The notes below the pieces were generated by a model. It was not told the DNA's origin. It made no database searches and saw only the letters and a list, made by a program, of their open reading frames with translations. A DNA stretch of 62,945 bases, the filler included, from Hyphochytrium catenoides (lineage: Eukaryota > Protista > Hyphochytriomycota): assembly GCA_900088475.1 (NCBI GenBank). It is 9 parts of 9 records of this genome, joined end to end, with 100 filler letters (N's around TTAATTAATTAA, not from the genome) between each part and the next. Parts side by side here need not be neighbours in the genome. Positions count along the whole stretch, not along the records: positions 7,641 to 23,818 come from FLMG01002228.1; positions 23,919 to 29,764 come from FLMG01004607.1; 7 more parts are not named here. One strand, written 5' to 3'. Within the stretch, counting starts at the first letter, position 1. Every line of letters starts with the position of its first letter. Position numbers and translations under genes: made by a program. Below, piece after piece: positions 14,001 through 26,157 of the stretch.

Positions 14001-15988
14001 CCGCCTTCGGATATGGTCTCTATCTCCCGGCCTTTGGCCAAAGAGAAGGAAGAAATGGGTTCGAGTCAGAGAGGTTCCTCCGGGCTCGTTCCTCCTCCAC
14101 ACGATCACTCTCCACCCCTAGCACCTTTCAAGGCCAAAGATGAAGTAGTGCAAAATTGTGGACTCAGGACAGGCAAGAGTTTTCAAGTGGGAGATAGAGT
14201 GAGAGTCTGGTGGCCAGATATGAAGGAATGGTATGAAGGACGTGTCAAGGAAGTGGCAGACAAGTCAATTCTCGTTTTCTATGACGATGGAGACCAACAG
14301 TGGGAGGAGCTTGAGGGACAACAGATCGAGCACTGCAAAGTGGAGGAGGATCAAAGGTAAAATAACAACGAGAGACTTTCTCTTGGCTGACGCATCACTA
14401 GCACTCTCCTTCAACTACCTTGACGGTAACTTGATTCTATGGGCTCCCTCCCTTCTCGTGGTCATCCCTGTTGTCGCTAGATCTTCAGGCACTATCCTCT
14501 GCTCTTGGCCGTTGCAATCAGAAGTGTTCTACCGTCCGCTCCTCTCTCTTGTTGAGCTTCAAGGTTCTGATCGACTCGTTTAGGCTCCAAGAAGCGCTAC
14601 AGCAAGTCATGTTGGCTGAGACTGGGAAAGCCAAGAGTGGCGATAATCCCTATGAAGACGAAGACTTTGAGGACGTTGAAGAGACCACCTTAGCAGAGAA
14701 GATGGTACGTGGTGAAGGTCAAGTATAGTGAACCTTAAGAGGAAGATTGGCCTTCGCACAATAGCTCTTTAGACAGTGGTAAGGGGAGTAAGAAAGACTG
14801 TATACAGCTTCAGGGAGTCGGCAATGGGGAGACTACAACTAGATAGAAGTGGTCCGATCTGACCTTTCTGGTGACCTCTGCCCAACAGACCTGTACAGTT
14901 CTAAGATCCCACCAGCCATTGGCGCCACTTCTAGGACAGTCACGAGACCCTGTTGATCCCCAAGGAGTGAAACTGGACAGCCATCCTCTGTGTGGGTCTC
15001 GTGAAAATAAGGTGGACACAGCGCCTGCAAAGAAAGCAGAGAAAGCCAAAGGGCCGGAACCTCACGCCAGAAAGGACATCCATCTCTACCGTTGGCAGCC
15101 AAAGCCTACCGTCAAATCCAGCCCCCCGAAATCCAATGAACTGCTGACAGAGGAGAGACGGGAGGAAACCTTCAGGTTGTTAAGGACAGAGAACGAGGGA
15201 GCAAAAGCCAAGCCAGTATTCGGAAAGAAGGGGTAGGGCGAAAACAGGGAACTTAAAGGAAGACAAGAGAGAGACGAGTAGCCGCGATCATGAATTAGTT
15301 CATGCGAGGGAGAAATGTTACCATTCGATACTTCAAAGAGGAGCAACAGACCTGATCGAGGTTGTGAGGAACGAAGAGAGGATTGCCGAGCAAAACAATC
15401 TGGAGGAAAGGGGAAGATAGTGATCAACCAGGGATAAGGAGGCTTGCTGACCCGCTAGTTGTGTTGACAGATCTTGGCTCAGCCAGAAGGAAGAAGAAGT
15501 GCAACGAAGGCTGGCAAAGGAGAAGGAGCAGGAAGAAAAAAGAAAAGCAGCTGTCAGAGAGCTTAACGAGCGCAGACTACAGAGGCTGATGGAGACGTTA
15601 GAAAGCACTAGACAGCGGCAAGAACAGCTTCTTGTCCAGCAACACCGGACCCGGCAAAGGAGGAAAAAGAGGGTAAGAGAGAACTTAACTTGCAATAGAT
15701 GGAGGAGAGAGCTACCCCATCAGGGTAGGAATATTGATAGAGATATAAGGTCAAGGGAGGGCCATATAGGTGTTGAGCAGCAGGAGAAGGGCTGGAGGTT
15801 TGATCTACTGGGGACAAGTGTCGGCGTTAGAGCGAGAAAAAGACAGAGGATGGGGTGGTTATATAACTTTCCTATCACAGGGCAAGCGTCTGGTGCAGCT
15901 CCATAGACAAAGGCAGCGGCTGCTGGAGCAACGGATGATAGAGCAGGAGAGGGAAATTCTGGCTCGTGCTGCGGTCAAGAAATTTTGA
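8089..15988 (+). CDS. Large protein: two WW domains, long Glu/Lys/Ser-rich disordered/coiled region, Tudor-like domain, C-terminal coiled coil; exons about 8089-8178, 8672-8803, 9087-9188, 9540-14356, 14584-14704, 14889-15232, 15471-15672, 15881-15988
   Basis: Splicing gives WW1 PYPWTQYFDET|GRPYYYNVESGESRWE and WW2 QWVECLDPSTGAVYYYNTATIESQ|WEKP. Tudor-like VGDRVRVWWPDMKEWYEGRVKEVADKSILVFYDDGDQQW lies near the end of the 1585-aa ORF. Junction phases are consistent; the true start is uncertain. Confidence 0.78.
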
Positions 15989-17365
15989 GATGGAGGCGGA
16001 GCCCTTGGACTCCTGCCTCCACATTTCCCGCGCTCGGTAGCGCATCTACCTCCTCATTCAAGCACCACTGCCTCATCTTCTTGATGATAAATCATCCTGA
16101 AATTTGCTTTCTTCCTGGCTTTTGGTGTACATTGCAGACGGCATCATCTGATCCGCAGTCTTTGCATTCCTCTGCACGGAGTCCGGTCGTCAAGAACCGG
16201 ATTCAGATTCATTTCTGGAATTTCTTTATTAGTTTTTGGCTTGTCTGTCTATTTATTATAGAGCACATTCTCTTGTTATCTCATCTCGCCATATCCTTCT
16301 GTGTGTGTACAATCATGTCCCAAGTAACCCAGTCAATCCAGCATGTTCTCTTCCACTCTCCGCCGAGTCCCATAAGCTACCGAGGGGGAGGAACTGGAGA
16401 AGGCCCAGATACATCTAGCAGCTAGGTGTAGGAGCTTTCCAAAGCACCGCGGCAAGACATTGTCTTGCAGTTGTGTATACTAGTGCCGTTTAAGCCCTCT
16501 AGTTTGTTCAAGGATTCACCTTCTGAGTGGATTATAGTCCATCTAGGCAGTGCGAACCCAGTACCCTTCTAGTGCAGGATAGAGAAAAAGGCAGGATGAG
16601 GAGAGTTAAGATGGGAGTAGCGAATGTTCGACATGGCCCATTCTCCTCCCATCATCCATCTGCTACATGCCTCTACCAGATGTGCCGTCCAAGATATGTT
16701 AACTACGTGACCCGCTATTACGCACCACCGAAAGTTCTCTATTACTGAAGCAACTGCTCTGCACCTGTAGTCTGCTCGTTAAATACACTCTACCAAGTAT
16801 CGTGGGAGCGACACTCTTTCAAGGGATAATGCAAGGCGAATCTAAGTATTACCATCTACCCTGGAGTCCTTCGTCGCCACGTGGATCCAGCTGCGTTGCA
16901 TGAGAGGACGACCAGGTAACAGGTTCGATGTGAGAAGGGAGACTGTGCAAGGTTTGGTGCGAGTGGAATGAGGAAACCGGTGGTACACCACAGAACCTCA
17001 TTGTAGCTACATGTTCAAGCCAAAAGGAGGTTTTGGCATTCAGCACGATGGTAGACTCCTTGCAATACTTCAAATCATCTTGCACCATGTCGCTAAATCG
17101 CACCTAGTGGGCGGCCCTTTCGCAGCTTCCTTTGCACCTACCTCTGCTCGGCAGCTCACCACTGAATGTAAGGGATTATACTCGCTGCATACCTGTCGGC
17201 CGCGAAGAGGTGATTGTTGAGAGGTTCCGTCAGGCTTATGCGTTGCGGGTGGCTTCAGGCACAGGAGCAGAGTGAAGTGGAGTCAGAGGGTTGCACAGCA
17301 AAAGATCGCTTCGAAGACGCGAGTGCGCAATCCCTCCCCTCCATCAGCCAACCCCTCCTATCGCT

Positions 17366-17716
17366 GCTGAAGAATGGGAACAGCGTTCCAAGGACAGGGA
17401 TCTTTTGGGGGTATCTTGGAATGGACTGCGAAGCAGCTATCCAGTACTAAAATCGAGGCCAACTAGCTGGTCTATTTTATAGAAATGTGAATGCTTTGTC
17501 CCACTACTTGGTAGTCGATGCGATGATGCTGAAGAATGGGAAAGGGTTTCATAGGACGGGGATCTGTTGGCGGGTATCCTGAGAATGGTTGAGGAGCAGC
17601 TACCACGGAATGGGACTAAGGGCGAGCTAGCTAGTCTATTTATAAACAGGTAAATGATTCAAGACAGCTAAAGCATAGACTAGTAGCCGGCCTTTGTCCC
17701 ACTCGAAGGTGGTCGG
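17366..17716. repeat. Diverged direct tandem duplication, period about 162 bp
   Basis: GCTGAAGAATGGGAA...GGGATCT..GGGTATC...GCAGCTA...CTAGCT.GTCTATTT...CTTTGTCCCACT starts at 17366 and again at 17528. Confidence 0.7.
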
Positions 17717-18836
17717 AAGGGAGAATGTGATGATCCACGGTGTTTCATTCAGATACCGTGCTGCTTCAGTGTACAAGTACCGGACAGTAGAACAGTAGGG
17801 ATCTCAGAGAGTGGACATGCTTCAAAAATCAAAACTATCACTAGCTGCATGTGTCCTACTCAGCCCAGGGAGTGCTTTGTGATGAACATTCTTGAGACAC
17901 TTCCCGGCTGCGCTCTTGCCTGCGCTCACCGCGCGGCCGTCTGTCATCATCGTGTCATCGTGTCATCATCCTGTCATCCTCGGTCATGCCATGGAAGTGA
18001 TGGAAAGTGATCTTTGATAGGGAAGAACTTTCGTCACTAGTGGGGGAGGTCTGCAGTAGTAGTAATACATTACCACGATCTGACCGCAGAGAATGCCATT
18101 TGGTCTCAATAATATGCCGACACAAGAGTGAATTCGCAACAAACATACATTGGAAGAGAATGGACAAAGGCGGACAGACAGAGAAGGATCGAGATGACAC
18201 TGTCAGTTATGTTAATCAGCGGCAGCTAAAGCCAGAGTGAAGAGAGATGTAATATGCTAGACGAGAAGATAAACCCTATGTTCCTGCAGCTTCGAAGTGC
18301 ATAGAAAGGTGACGATCATCTTGATGTTGTGCATGGACCTTCAAGCGGCGATAGTTCTCTACAAGAAAGAAAGAACGAAGCTTTCTCCTTCCTAGCGGTT
18401 GAACGCGTTCTTTCCTAGAGATTCGCTCCTAAGAAGGTTTGCCCTCAACAAGGCTCGTCGTCGAAGCTCCTACAAGTACTAGACTTATCTGGCGAGCTGC
18501 CTTTGGAGAGCCTTCCTCTACCCCAGCAAGCTTGTTCTTACCCGCTGCCCGGAGTGGTCGACCGTTTGATGCGTAGTTGACTTCTATCTTTATAAGACCG
18601 TAACGACCGTGCTGTGTACTCACTACCAGATCTAATCAGGGAAAGTAGCTGTCAGGCCGACGAAGTGTCGACTTCTGGGTCATCCGAGTACAAATCATGG
18701 CTTGGTCACTGGTCGGCCGCTGTGAATGGGGCTAGGCATGTGCCAGAATCCAACCTGACCTTGAGAGGTGGCAAGGCCAGGATTAAGCCGAATATACACA
18801 TTTGCTGCAAAGACTCAAGTAGAGCAGGACAACAGG

Positions 18837-20957
18837 ATGCCAAGAGACGGTAAAGAGACCGTTTTTTTCTCTCCCTGGAATGGAGTACATTCTCACTACC
18901 TGCCTCTTGCCCACCTTGCAGACACTGGCGTGGCTGGTGGCAATATCCTGCCCGTGCGCTACACTAACTTACAGGTTGTCTGTTCTAAACACCTGTAAAC
19001 TAGAGTTTCCGCTTTGAAGCTGAGTAGTATTTTCTTTCCTCACAATGCATTTGGCATCCTGTACTTGTTGATGTCTGATAGATATATGCTCGCACCTGTC
19101 AACTGACCTTCTGACGCATTCGGCAGTCTTCAAGCGATGAGTTAGCAGCAAGCCCGTCGTCAAGCTCAGGGACAGGGGTAAGAGATCGTGCACATTGCAG
19201 AGAGCAAGTCTTTATATCTAATGATGGTATCCTCTGCGCTTGGGTCCTGGAAATGCAGAACAATATCTTCACTACCTCCGATGGTAGGGACTATTCTAAG
19301 ATCGCGCTAATCGTGGTTTGCATCGTAGACTTTCCTCAGGTCAGTCCGACCGGATGAGTGTGCAAATCTAGGTGATAAAGAAGGGGGAGGAGGATCATTT
19401 AAATTTATTGCAAGGAAAGTAGGATAAGAATACGAGTACGATTAGCTAGCGGCAGAGAAGGGAGAACACTTGTGGCCCAGCGAGACGGGAGAATATGAGT
19501 CATATGCACCACGGAGGAAGATGCAGAGAGAGCGGGGAAATTTTGCTTGTCTAGAGTAAAAACCGAGCCGACACTTATGAGGTGGCGACTGCTTGTTAGA
19601 TCGTAGCGGCTGCCACAATTCTGCCATCCCATTGGAAAGAGTCGGCGGGATGCGATGTTCCCCTGCGGTGGTGGGTCGCGTTGTCGGCCGGAAGAATGCT
19701 GATCCATCTCATCGCTTGGTGCGTGCTCTACCTAGCTGCGTTCTCCAGCGATCTCGTCTGTCTTCTTTCCCTCCGCCTTTCATTGCCCTCATTATATGGA
19801 TAGCTGCCGTTTTAGAGGTTAGCCTTACTCACGTGTGCCTTTGTGTCGGCTAGTTGCATCATATACTTTGGACGTTGCTCCCCACAACAGTTGGTCTCGT
19901 ACAGGCCCGTCTCAACCCAGCAGCAGCTCTATGTTAGAAGCGGCTGGCTGTTGAACAAGCTTAAGGAAGTCTTAGTAATGGCCGGTCTGGCGTGGTTTGT
20001 CATTGGGAACCTGTGGCTTCTGCAATCTGAGAACTGCTCGGTAGGTATNNNNNNNNNNNNNNNNNNNNNNNNNNNNNNNNNNNCTGCTCTCTCCACATCT
20101 GCTGGCGCACTCTGCCTTTCTTTCCGTAGCGCCGCACTGACAATGTTCATTGTACGGCTCAACAGACAGAATCTCCCTCAGTTTACAGGCTCACCCTAAC
20201 AATGCTGCTGGTCAACTGGGGTACGTGTTCCTTTTATGTAGTTATTGCAAGAGACGTCGTCACCTTTCTAACGGCTTTCCTTAGGCGCAATTTTTGCTCC
20301 ATGCATCCTGGTTATTGTAGTCATCCCTATGGTCTGCCTCTGCCTACCATGCATACTAAGGCTGTCAGCGAGGTCTGGTGCATCTTTAACACTACGTTGC
20401 GGAGAGCTTCATTAGTTACCGTTGTCCATTATCTCGTTCGATAACTTTCTCTCTGTTGGGCGTCATATGTTGTATGCACTTTCCCTTCTTTCCATCAACA
20501 GCTGAAGCGTCTCATTATTTATCGAACAGGACAAATAGAAGCCTACACTCTGCCTCCAAGGGAGCATCACCAGATTTGATCAACCTCTTAGACACCACAG
20601 TTTATGACGGTGTGTCTTTCAACGAAGAGGAGAGTGTATGCGCAATCTGCTTAGAGGAATATAAGACGGGCGAGGTGCTCAGACTACTGGCATGCAGTCA
20701 CTGCTTTCACCAAGAGTAAGATATTCTTTTTGGAGGACCCCCAATGCCGGTGTCCTCTTGGATTCCTGGAACAGCACTCACGGCCTCCATATTATGTTGC
20801 TGTTCATTCACATAGGTGTGCAGACGAATGGCTGCGTATGAATGCAACTTGTCCGACCTGCCGGATGCCAATCGGTGCAGAATCTCCAGCAGGGAACCCC
20901 AGGAACCCCCGGACGCGGTCTGTCCTTTCGATATCTTTCGAGGAACTGCCTGTGTGA
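18837..20957 (+). CDS. Multi-pass membrane RING-H2 E3 ubiquitin ligase, multi-exon
   Basis: TM exons (DFPQ|IVAAATILPSHW...CDVPLRWW; WFVIGNLWL; PMVCLCLPCIL), then KGASPDLINLL and RING-H2 CAICLEEYKTGEVLRLLACSHCFHQE|CADEWLRMNATCPTCR. The 5' exon (18837-18974) is tentative. Confidence 0.85.
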
Positions 20958-21118
20958 CTGGATGGCAGCATCATAAGCAAGGCCAAGACTTCTCCCAACG
21001 CTCGAGCGGAATTTTGTGCTTTCCCCGCCTGAGCCGAGGATTTGGGCGGCTCTTTCCCTTTCTCGGTCCTCTTACAATTTTTCCATTGAACGATAGCTAC
21101 TATGGTTCAATAGGACAA

Positions 21119-21885
21119 TTACTCGCCATCCTCTCCCCCTGAAAAGCTTCTTTCACTTCTTGCTTCTTCGGCTGCTTCAGGCAGCGGCAATGAAAGCTCT
21201 TCATATCCTGCCCACGAGGCAAAGCAGTGCATAATGATGGACGCCGCGACGGTCACGTTTAACGATGCCGTGCCCCCGCCATACTGAGGGATGTACAGGA
21301 AATAATCGCATGCCCGCACTTGCCTCGAGCTCAGGCCCGCTCCCTGGCGCGCACGCAGAGAAAACATGAGTTTAATTGGTCTGCCTTTACATCCTGCCTG
21401 ATAACGAGTTTCCTCTCCCCCCCCCTTCTCCCTTTTCTTCTCGCCCTGATCTCACCTCATTGCCCATCATAATTGCAGTGTCACCCGTGAAGGGCAAGTC
21501 ATGAATGTTCTTCGCTTCATCCATTATCTCCACTCCGGTAATGCTGACGCCTTTCTCCTTTAAATAAGCTCTGCATTCCTCCAGATTGCCAATAAACTTG
21601 TGCTGCAGCTGGCTTAGTAGATCTAGTAGGGAGTGCTCCAATTTCCTCTGACCGACTATGTCCACATCGAAGTGAGCATTGTAGCTGTGTCGTAATTCCA
21701 TGCGATAACGTACCTACAAGGACCTCATAGACACCAAAGGCTATAGCCGAAAGCAGTAGTTCCTTGACATTGGCCTTCTTTCCAATGTTGTAAATGATAA
21801 GATAAAGCTTTGGAGCAGACGAAGGTAACGTGTCCAGGCCCTCTGTTGTGAGCTCCTCCCCCCTGGCAGTCTGTACTTCAGACAT
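21119..21885 (-). CDS. SpoU/TrmH-family (SPOUT) tRNA/rRNA 2'-O-methyltransferase, three exons
   Basis: LIIYNIGKKANVKELLLSAIAFG; AIMMGNE|GAGLS; YIPQYGGGTASLNVTVAASI are SPOUT motifs. GT-AG introns are in phase. Confidence 0.9.
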
Positions 21886-23074
21886 TATGGGCGCACAAAG
21901 AAGGAAGCTCTCTTCATGTCGCTTATGCAGAACTTTCTCCGCCGTGTCCAGGACAGTGTGCCTGTGTTGAGCTCACCAAGAGGTGCAAGGTCCCCTCAGA
22001 TGGAGACTAAGAAGGCTACTTTCTGCCTGTTGCTGCGCTCGCAGAACTGTCCTGAAGGATCTAAAGGCCATTACGCTCATGTTGGTGCCTCGGTCTGAGT
22101 CTCCGGTCTCTGTCTTTTGATGATGATGCTGATGAGTCTCAGAAACCAAAATCATAAGGAACTTCTTTTCCAACAGATTATCACTCCATGGGGGTAAATG
22201 ATTATCACAACCACAGACGAAAGGTATAGACTGATTGTCAACCTAAGGATTATCCGCTAGACAGCCACACCGGCTTGTATTCCCTTTATGGCCAACTTGA
22301 TCCTATTCCGCATCTGGTTAGGCTGACGTGGTAATAGCCCTTGGGCTCATGCTACAGTTTATATTATAGCCAAGAAACAAAGAACCAATAATACGCCCCC
22401 CTATGGTGTGTGGTGTCAAGCCCAGTCCCTTTTTCCATCAGAAGCTGCCCCACCCGACCCGGTGGTTCCCAGGTTATAGTTCCCCACAGGCGGGTGGGAG
22501 AGGGTTCGATCTGGTTGGATGGAAGGCGTGTTGCGAAGTGATTAGGAAGGGGGAAAGATACTAGACAGATTACACACGCTTGCAAGACAGAGAATAAGGA
22601 GATATGAGTAACTAGCGCTTAGATCATGAATTTGATTGTGTAAGAGTGCCATAGAGATAAGCCAAACCGACGGCTAGAGATCAGGGCAAGCTGTACAGCC
22701 TCAACAAATGACCGGAAGTTCCCCCAAGACAAACCTCAAATAGAGAAGAAGGAGGGAGACAGAGGCCGCCAAGAGAGAAGAGTAAGCGGTGGAAACTCAG
22801 AAGTAAAGAGAGAGACCGAGTGCGGACTAGAAGATTGGGAGACGTGGAGGGGGCAGGAGGGCAGTGAGTGGGGCGCTGTAGTGTAGTACTAAAAGGCTGG
22901 GAAGTGAACTTGCAGCACCAAAGCTCATGACAACCATTCAAGGCGGCAGCTTTCCGCGCTGTAAGTCCAAGCGAACGCTAGAAGAGAGTGGCCGTGTAGG
23001 GGAATAGATGGAGAGAGAGAGAGAGACGCGGAGAGAGAGAGAGAGAGAGAGAGAGATAACAAAGAGAGAGAGAG

Positions 23075-23111
<37 letters not shown>

Positions 23112-23918
23112 GGGCTCCGAACAAGAGAAGTTTTCGGAGCGAGGTTTTGCGAGTCATCTGCACCTTCGAGGTCCTGGAGAGAGAAGGAACCAGACAAAAG
23201 GCTCAGAAAGAGCTGCAGCTGCGAGCTTTCTGCCCTTAGCAAGTCTTTGGAGTTGTGTGTCGACGGGGTAACGATAGTCCCTAGTCTAGCGCGGATTTCC
23301 TCGATACCTCTGTCACAATCTCTGTGCCAGGGTCTTTCCCGTGAACCTCTCGCTACCTAAAGCTTATCCCAGCTTCAAAGAGAGTATCTGCCAGCCACAC
23401 CAACCCGGAATTGGAAGAAGTAGCCCCGCGGCTCGCGCACTGGAGTTGAAGTCAGTCCGGGCATCGGGGTTTTGCATCACAGCCATGACGACTGAGGTTC
23501 GTGGACACAGGAGAGATTGCGCGCATCACACAGTGGCACTAACCTAAGTCCGGTTTAGGTACAACATAAGGCCGGAGAGGGCCCTGTTCATGAGAACAAG
23601 AGCATCGACGTCGAGGAGCAGCCTGTAGGCACATTGAGTGAGTGTGGACATTCTTCTGGGTCCTTCTTTGGCTGTAACCTGGACAGCGCACATTCTCTCG
23701 CCCGTCATCTTGCGGTCGCTTTCTATAGTTGTCTCGCCCTTCTGCTGGCTGACGATACCCTCACTGCTCGCTACACACTCTGTTGTCCTGACGAGCAGCG
23801 GGAGATGCTCTTAGAGAGNNNNNNNNNNNNNNNNNNNNNNNNNNNNNNNNNNNNNNNNNNNNTTAATTAATTAANNNNNNNNNNNNNNNNNNNNNNNNNN
23901 NNNNNNNNNNNNNNNNNN

Positions 23919-23998
23919 GGCGACGGCCAGTTTGAGAGAAAGGCTTGTGGACGGCCGTCCGGGGCCGGGTTAGGCGAAGTCGCGTTGGGGATCGCCAT
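23919..23998 (-). CDS. N-terminus of a second 7TM-RGS paralogue, truncated by the linker
   Basis: MAIPNATSPNPAPDGRPQAFLSNWPS; about 100 nt align to 28366-28469 with four differences. Confidence 0.75.
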
Positions 23999-24950
23999 GG
24001 TCGGTAGGGCGTTTGAATGGGAATAGCAGGAGAGCAAGATGGCAGAGAAGACGACCAAGAGAGAAGCGAGAGATGACACGTCAGGAAAAGCAAAAAGCGA
24101 GAGGCTCCATGGGGGCAACTAGAGGGATGAGAAAAGTCTAGCCGTGGTACCCAGGACAAGAAGTGAGAGGGCGGCAGCAAAAATTTGAGACAAGCGGACC
24201 GCCGATAGAAAGGATTAAGATCAAAAAGGAGAGGAGATAGCAGAGTCTTCTCTCTTCTTTCAGCGAGTCTTCTCTCTACTTTTCAGCAGAAGGGCAAGGC
24301 ATAATGACGGGGTCCAGCACTCTCTCTCGCCATGGGCTCTTGTCTCTATGTCCTCTGTCTACTATCGGACTAGAGCTTTAGGTTACGACGGCACCTGGCC
24401 TTCCGGAGGAAAGTCTCTTCTACCTCCTCGTTCCTCTCTCTTTCTCCTCTTCGAATGGAAGCAAAGAGCAACGGTCTTGGAAGGAGCTGATGGCGGGTGC
24501 TCCTTTCCTCTTCTTTCTGAGCTTAAAGAAGACTCACTGCAAGTCTCTTCCATCGGGAACCAGGGGAGTTTTTAGAGAAAGAAGAAGAAAGAGAGAGCAG
24601 AGCACGCTGCCAGACAAAGCAAGAGAAGGAGAGGAGCTGGAAAAGAGTTGAGAACCATCTGTCGAAAGAAGAGGAAGACAGAGAAGACGGACGGGTGGGG
24701 AGAGAGCTGGACGGTGCGTTTGCTGGACGGTGCGTTTGCTCTCTCCTCTTCTCTTTGCTCCATGATCTATTGACTATAGGAAGTGAGAGAGAAAGGTAGG
24801 AGAGGAAGAGCGCGACGCAGCAAGGATAAGAGGTACACGCGACACGAATAGGGAGAGAGTTACAATAGCTCATGAGAGGTAAGGAGACACAGAAGAAAGA
24901 GAGAGTGAAAGAAAAAGGGGGAGTCAAAGAGAAGAGAGAAAAATAGACTG

Positions 24951-24995
<45 letters not shown>

Positions 24996-25001
24996 AGAGA
25001 N

Positions 25002-25033
<32 letters not shown>

Positions 25034-25263
25034 TCTTTCTCCTATCATTGGCTATGGGCGCCCGAATCCAAGTGGCAGCCTGGTCCGTTTCGGGCCAGTG
25101 CGAGCCAGGATGCCCAGGGGAGGAAAACAGACAGACCAGAGGAGGCTGCGGCGTCATTGTCATCAGTGCTCTCCACTACTGCTGGTGGACCAAGCTTTGT
25201 CACTGTTGTACGTTGATTGTAGAACTACCTGCACCTGTTCTGCTGTTTCCTTTCTTCCTCCAC

Positions 25264-25308
<45 letters not shown>

Positions 25309-26157
25309 CTCTGTCACTGTCCTCCTCTTTTTCTCTCCACCCTCTTCTCTCTCCTTTACTGCCTCTCAGTGGCAACCCTATCTCTCTGCTCTCCAGCCCC
25401 CCTTCTTCTCTCTCTCTCTCTCTCTCTTGCTTGCTCTCTCTCTTTCTGTCTCTCCTCCCTCTCTCACCACTCTCTCTCTCTCCTTCTCACTACCTATCCC
25501 TCTCTGTCTGTCTCTCTCTCCCTCTCTGTCTCTCTCTCTGGCTCCATCATCACAATGTCCCACCCACCCCTTACAGGCCTGTCTCACTGTCCGTTACAGA
25601 AGTGACCGTTAACGCCTAGAAACGGCTCTGCTGGTTCTCTGCGCACTTGAAGTGAGTGCAAGTGTGGAGGCAGCACCGCCATCCACAGCGTCAGACGCTG
25701 CAGCACAGCGGCGATGAAGATCAAGGCTTGACATTGACAGGCATGATGGTTCACCTCCAGCGGCAACAGCAATAGCATCGAAGGCAGCGATAGATGCAGC
25801 CAGCAGCGGCGACGAAGAGGAGGGCTTGAGAGGAGGTTTGATGTCTGTCCTACAGTGAAGGCTAGCTGCAGAGGAAGACGCAGCTAAGCGAGAAAGAATG
25901 GGGCAGAGGAGGAGGGAGCTAACTCTGGAACAAGACAGAGGAGGAAAGAGGAGGAGGGCTCAAAAGTCGCAGATGGGAGATAATGAGGGAAAGGCATCTG
26001 GAAGTGTTCTGAGGAGAGAGAGTGGAAGGAAGGCAGAGATACCAAGTAGACAATTATGAGAGAGACATTAGCATGACGAGCGGATTGGAGGCTCTCTCTC
26101 AAAGTATAGGATCTATTATATATGTAGCCAACTCTTTGCCTTCCTTCTCTTTCTCGC

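Noticed and set aside
16400-18700. Possible spliced minus-strand gene
   Set aside because: I could not build a phase-consistent exon chain or recognise a domain.
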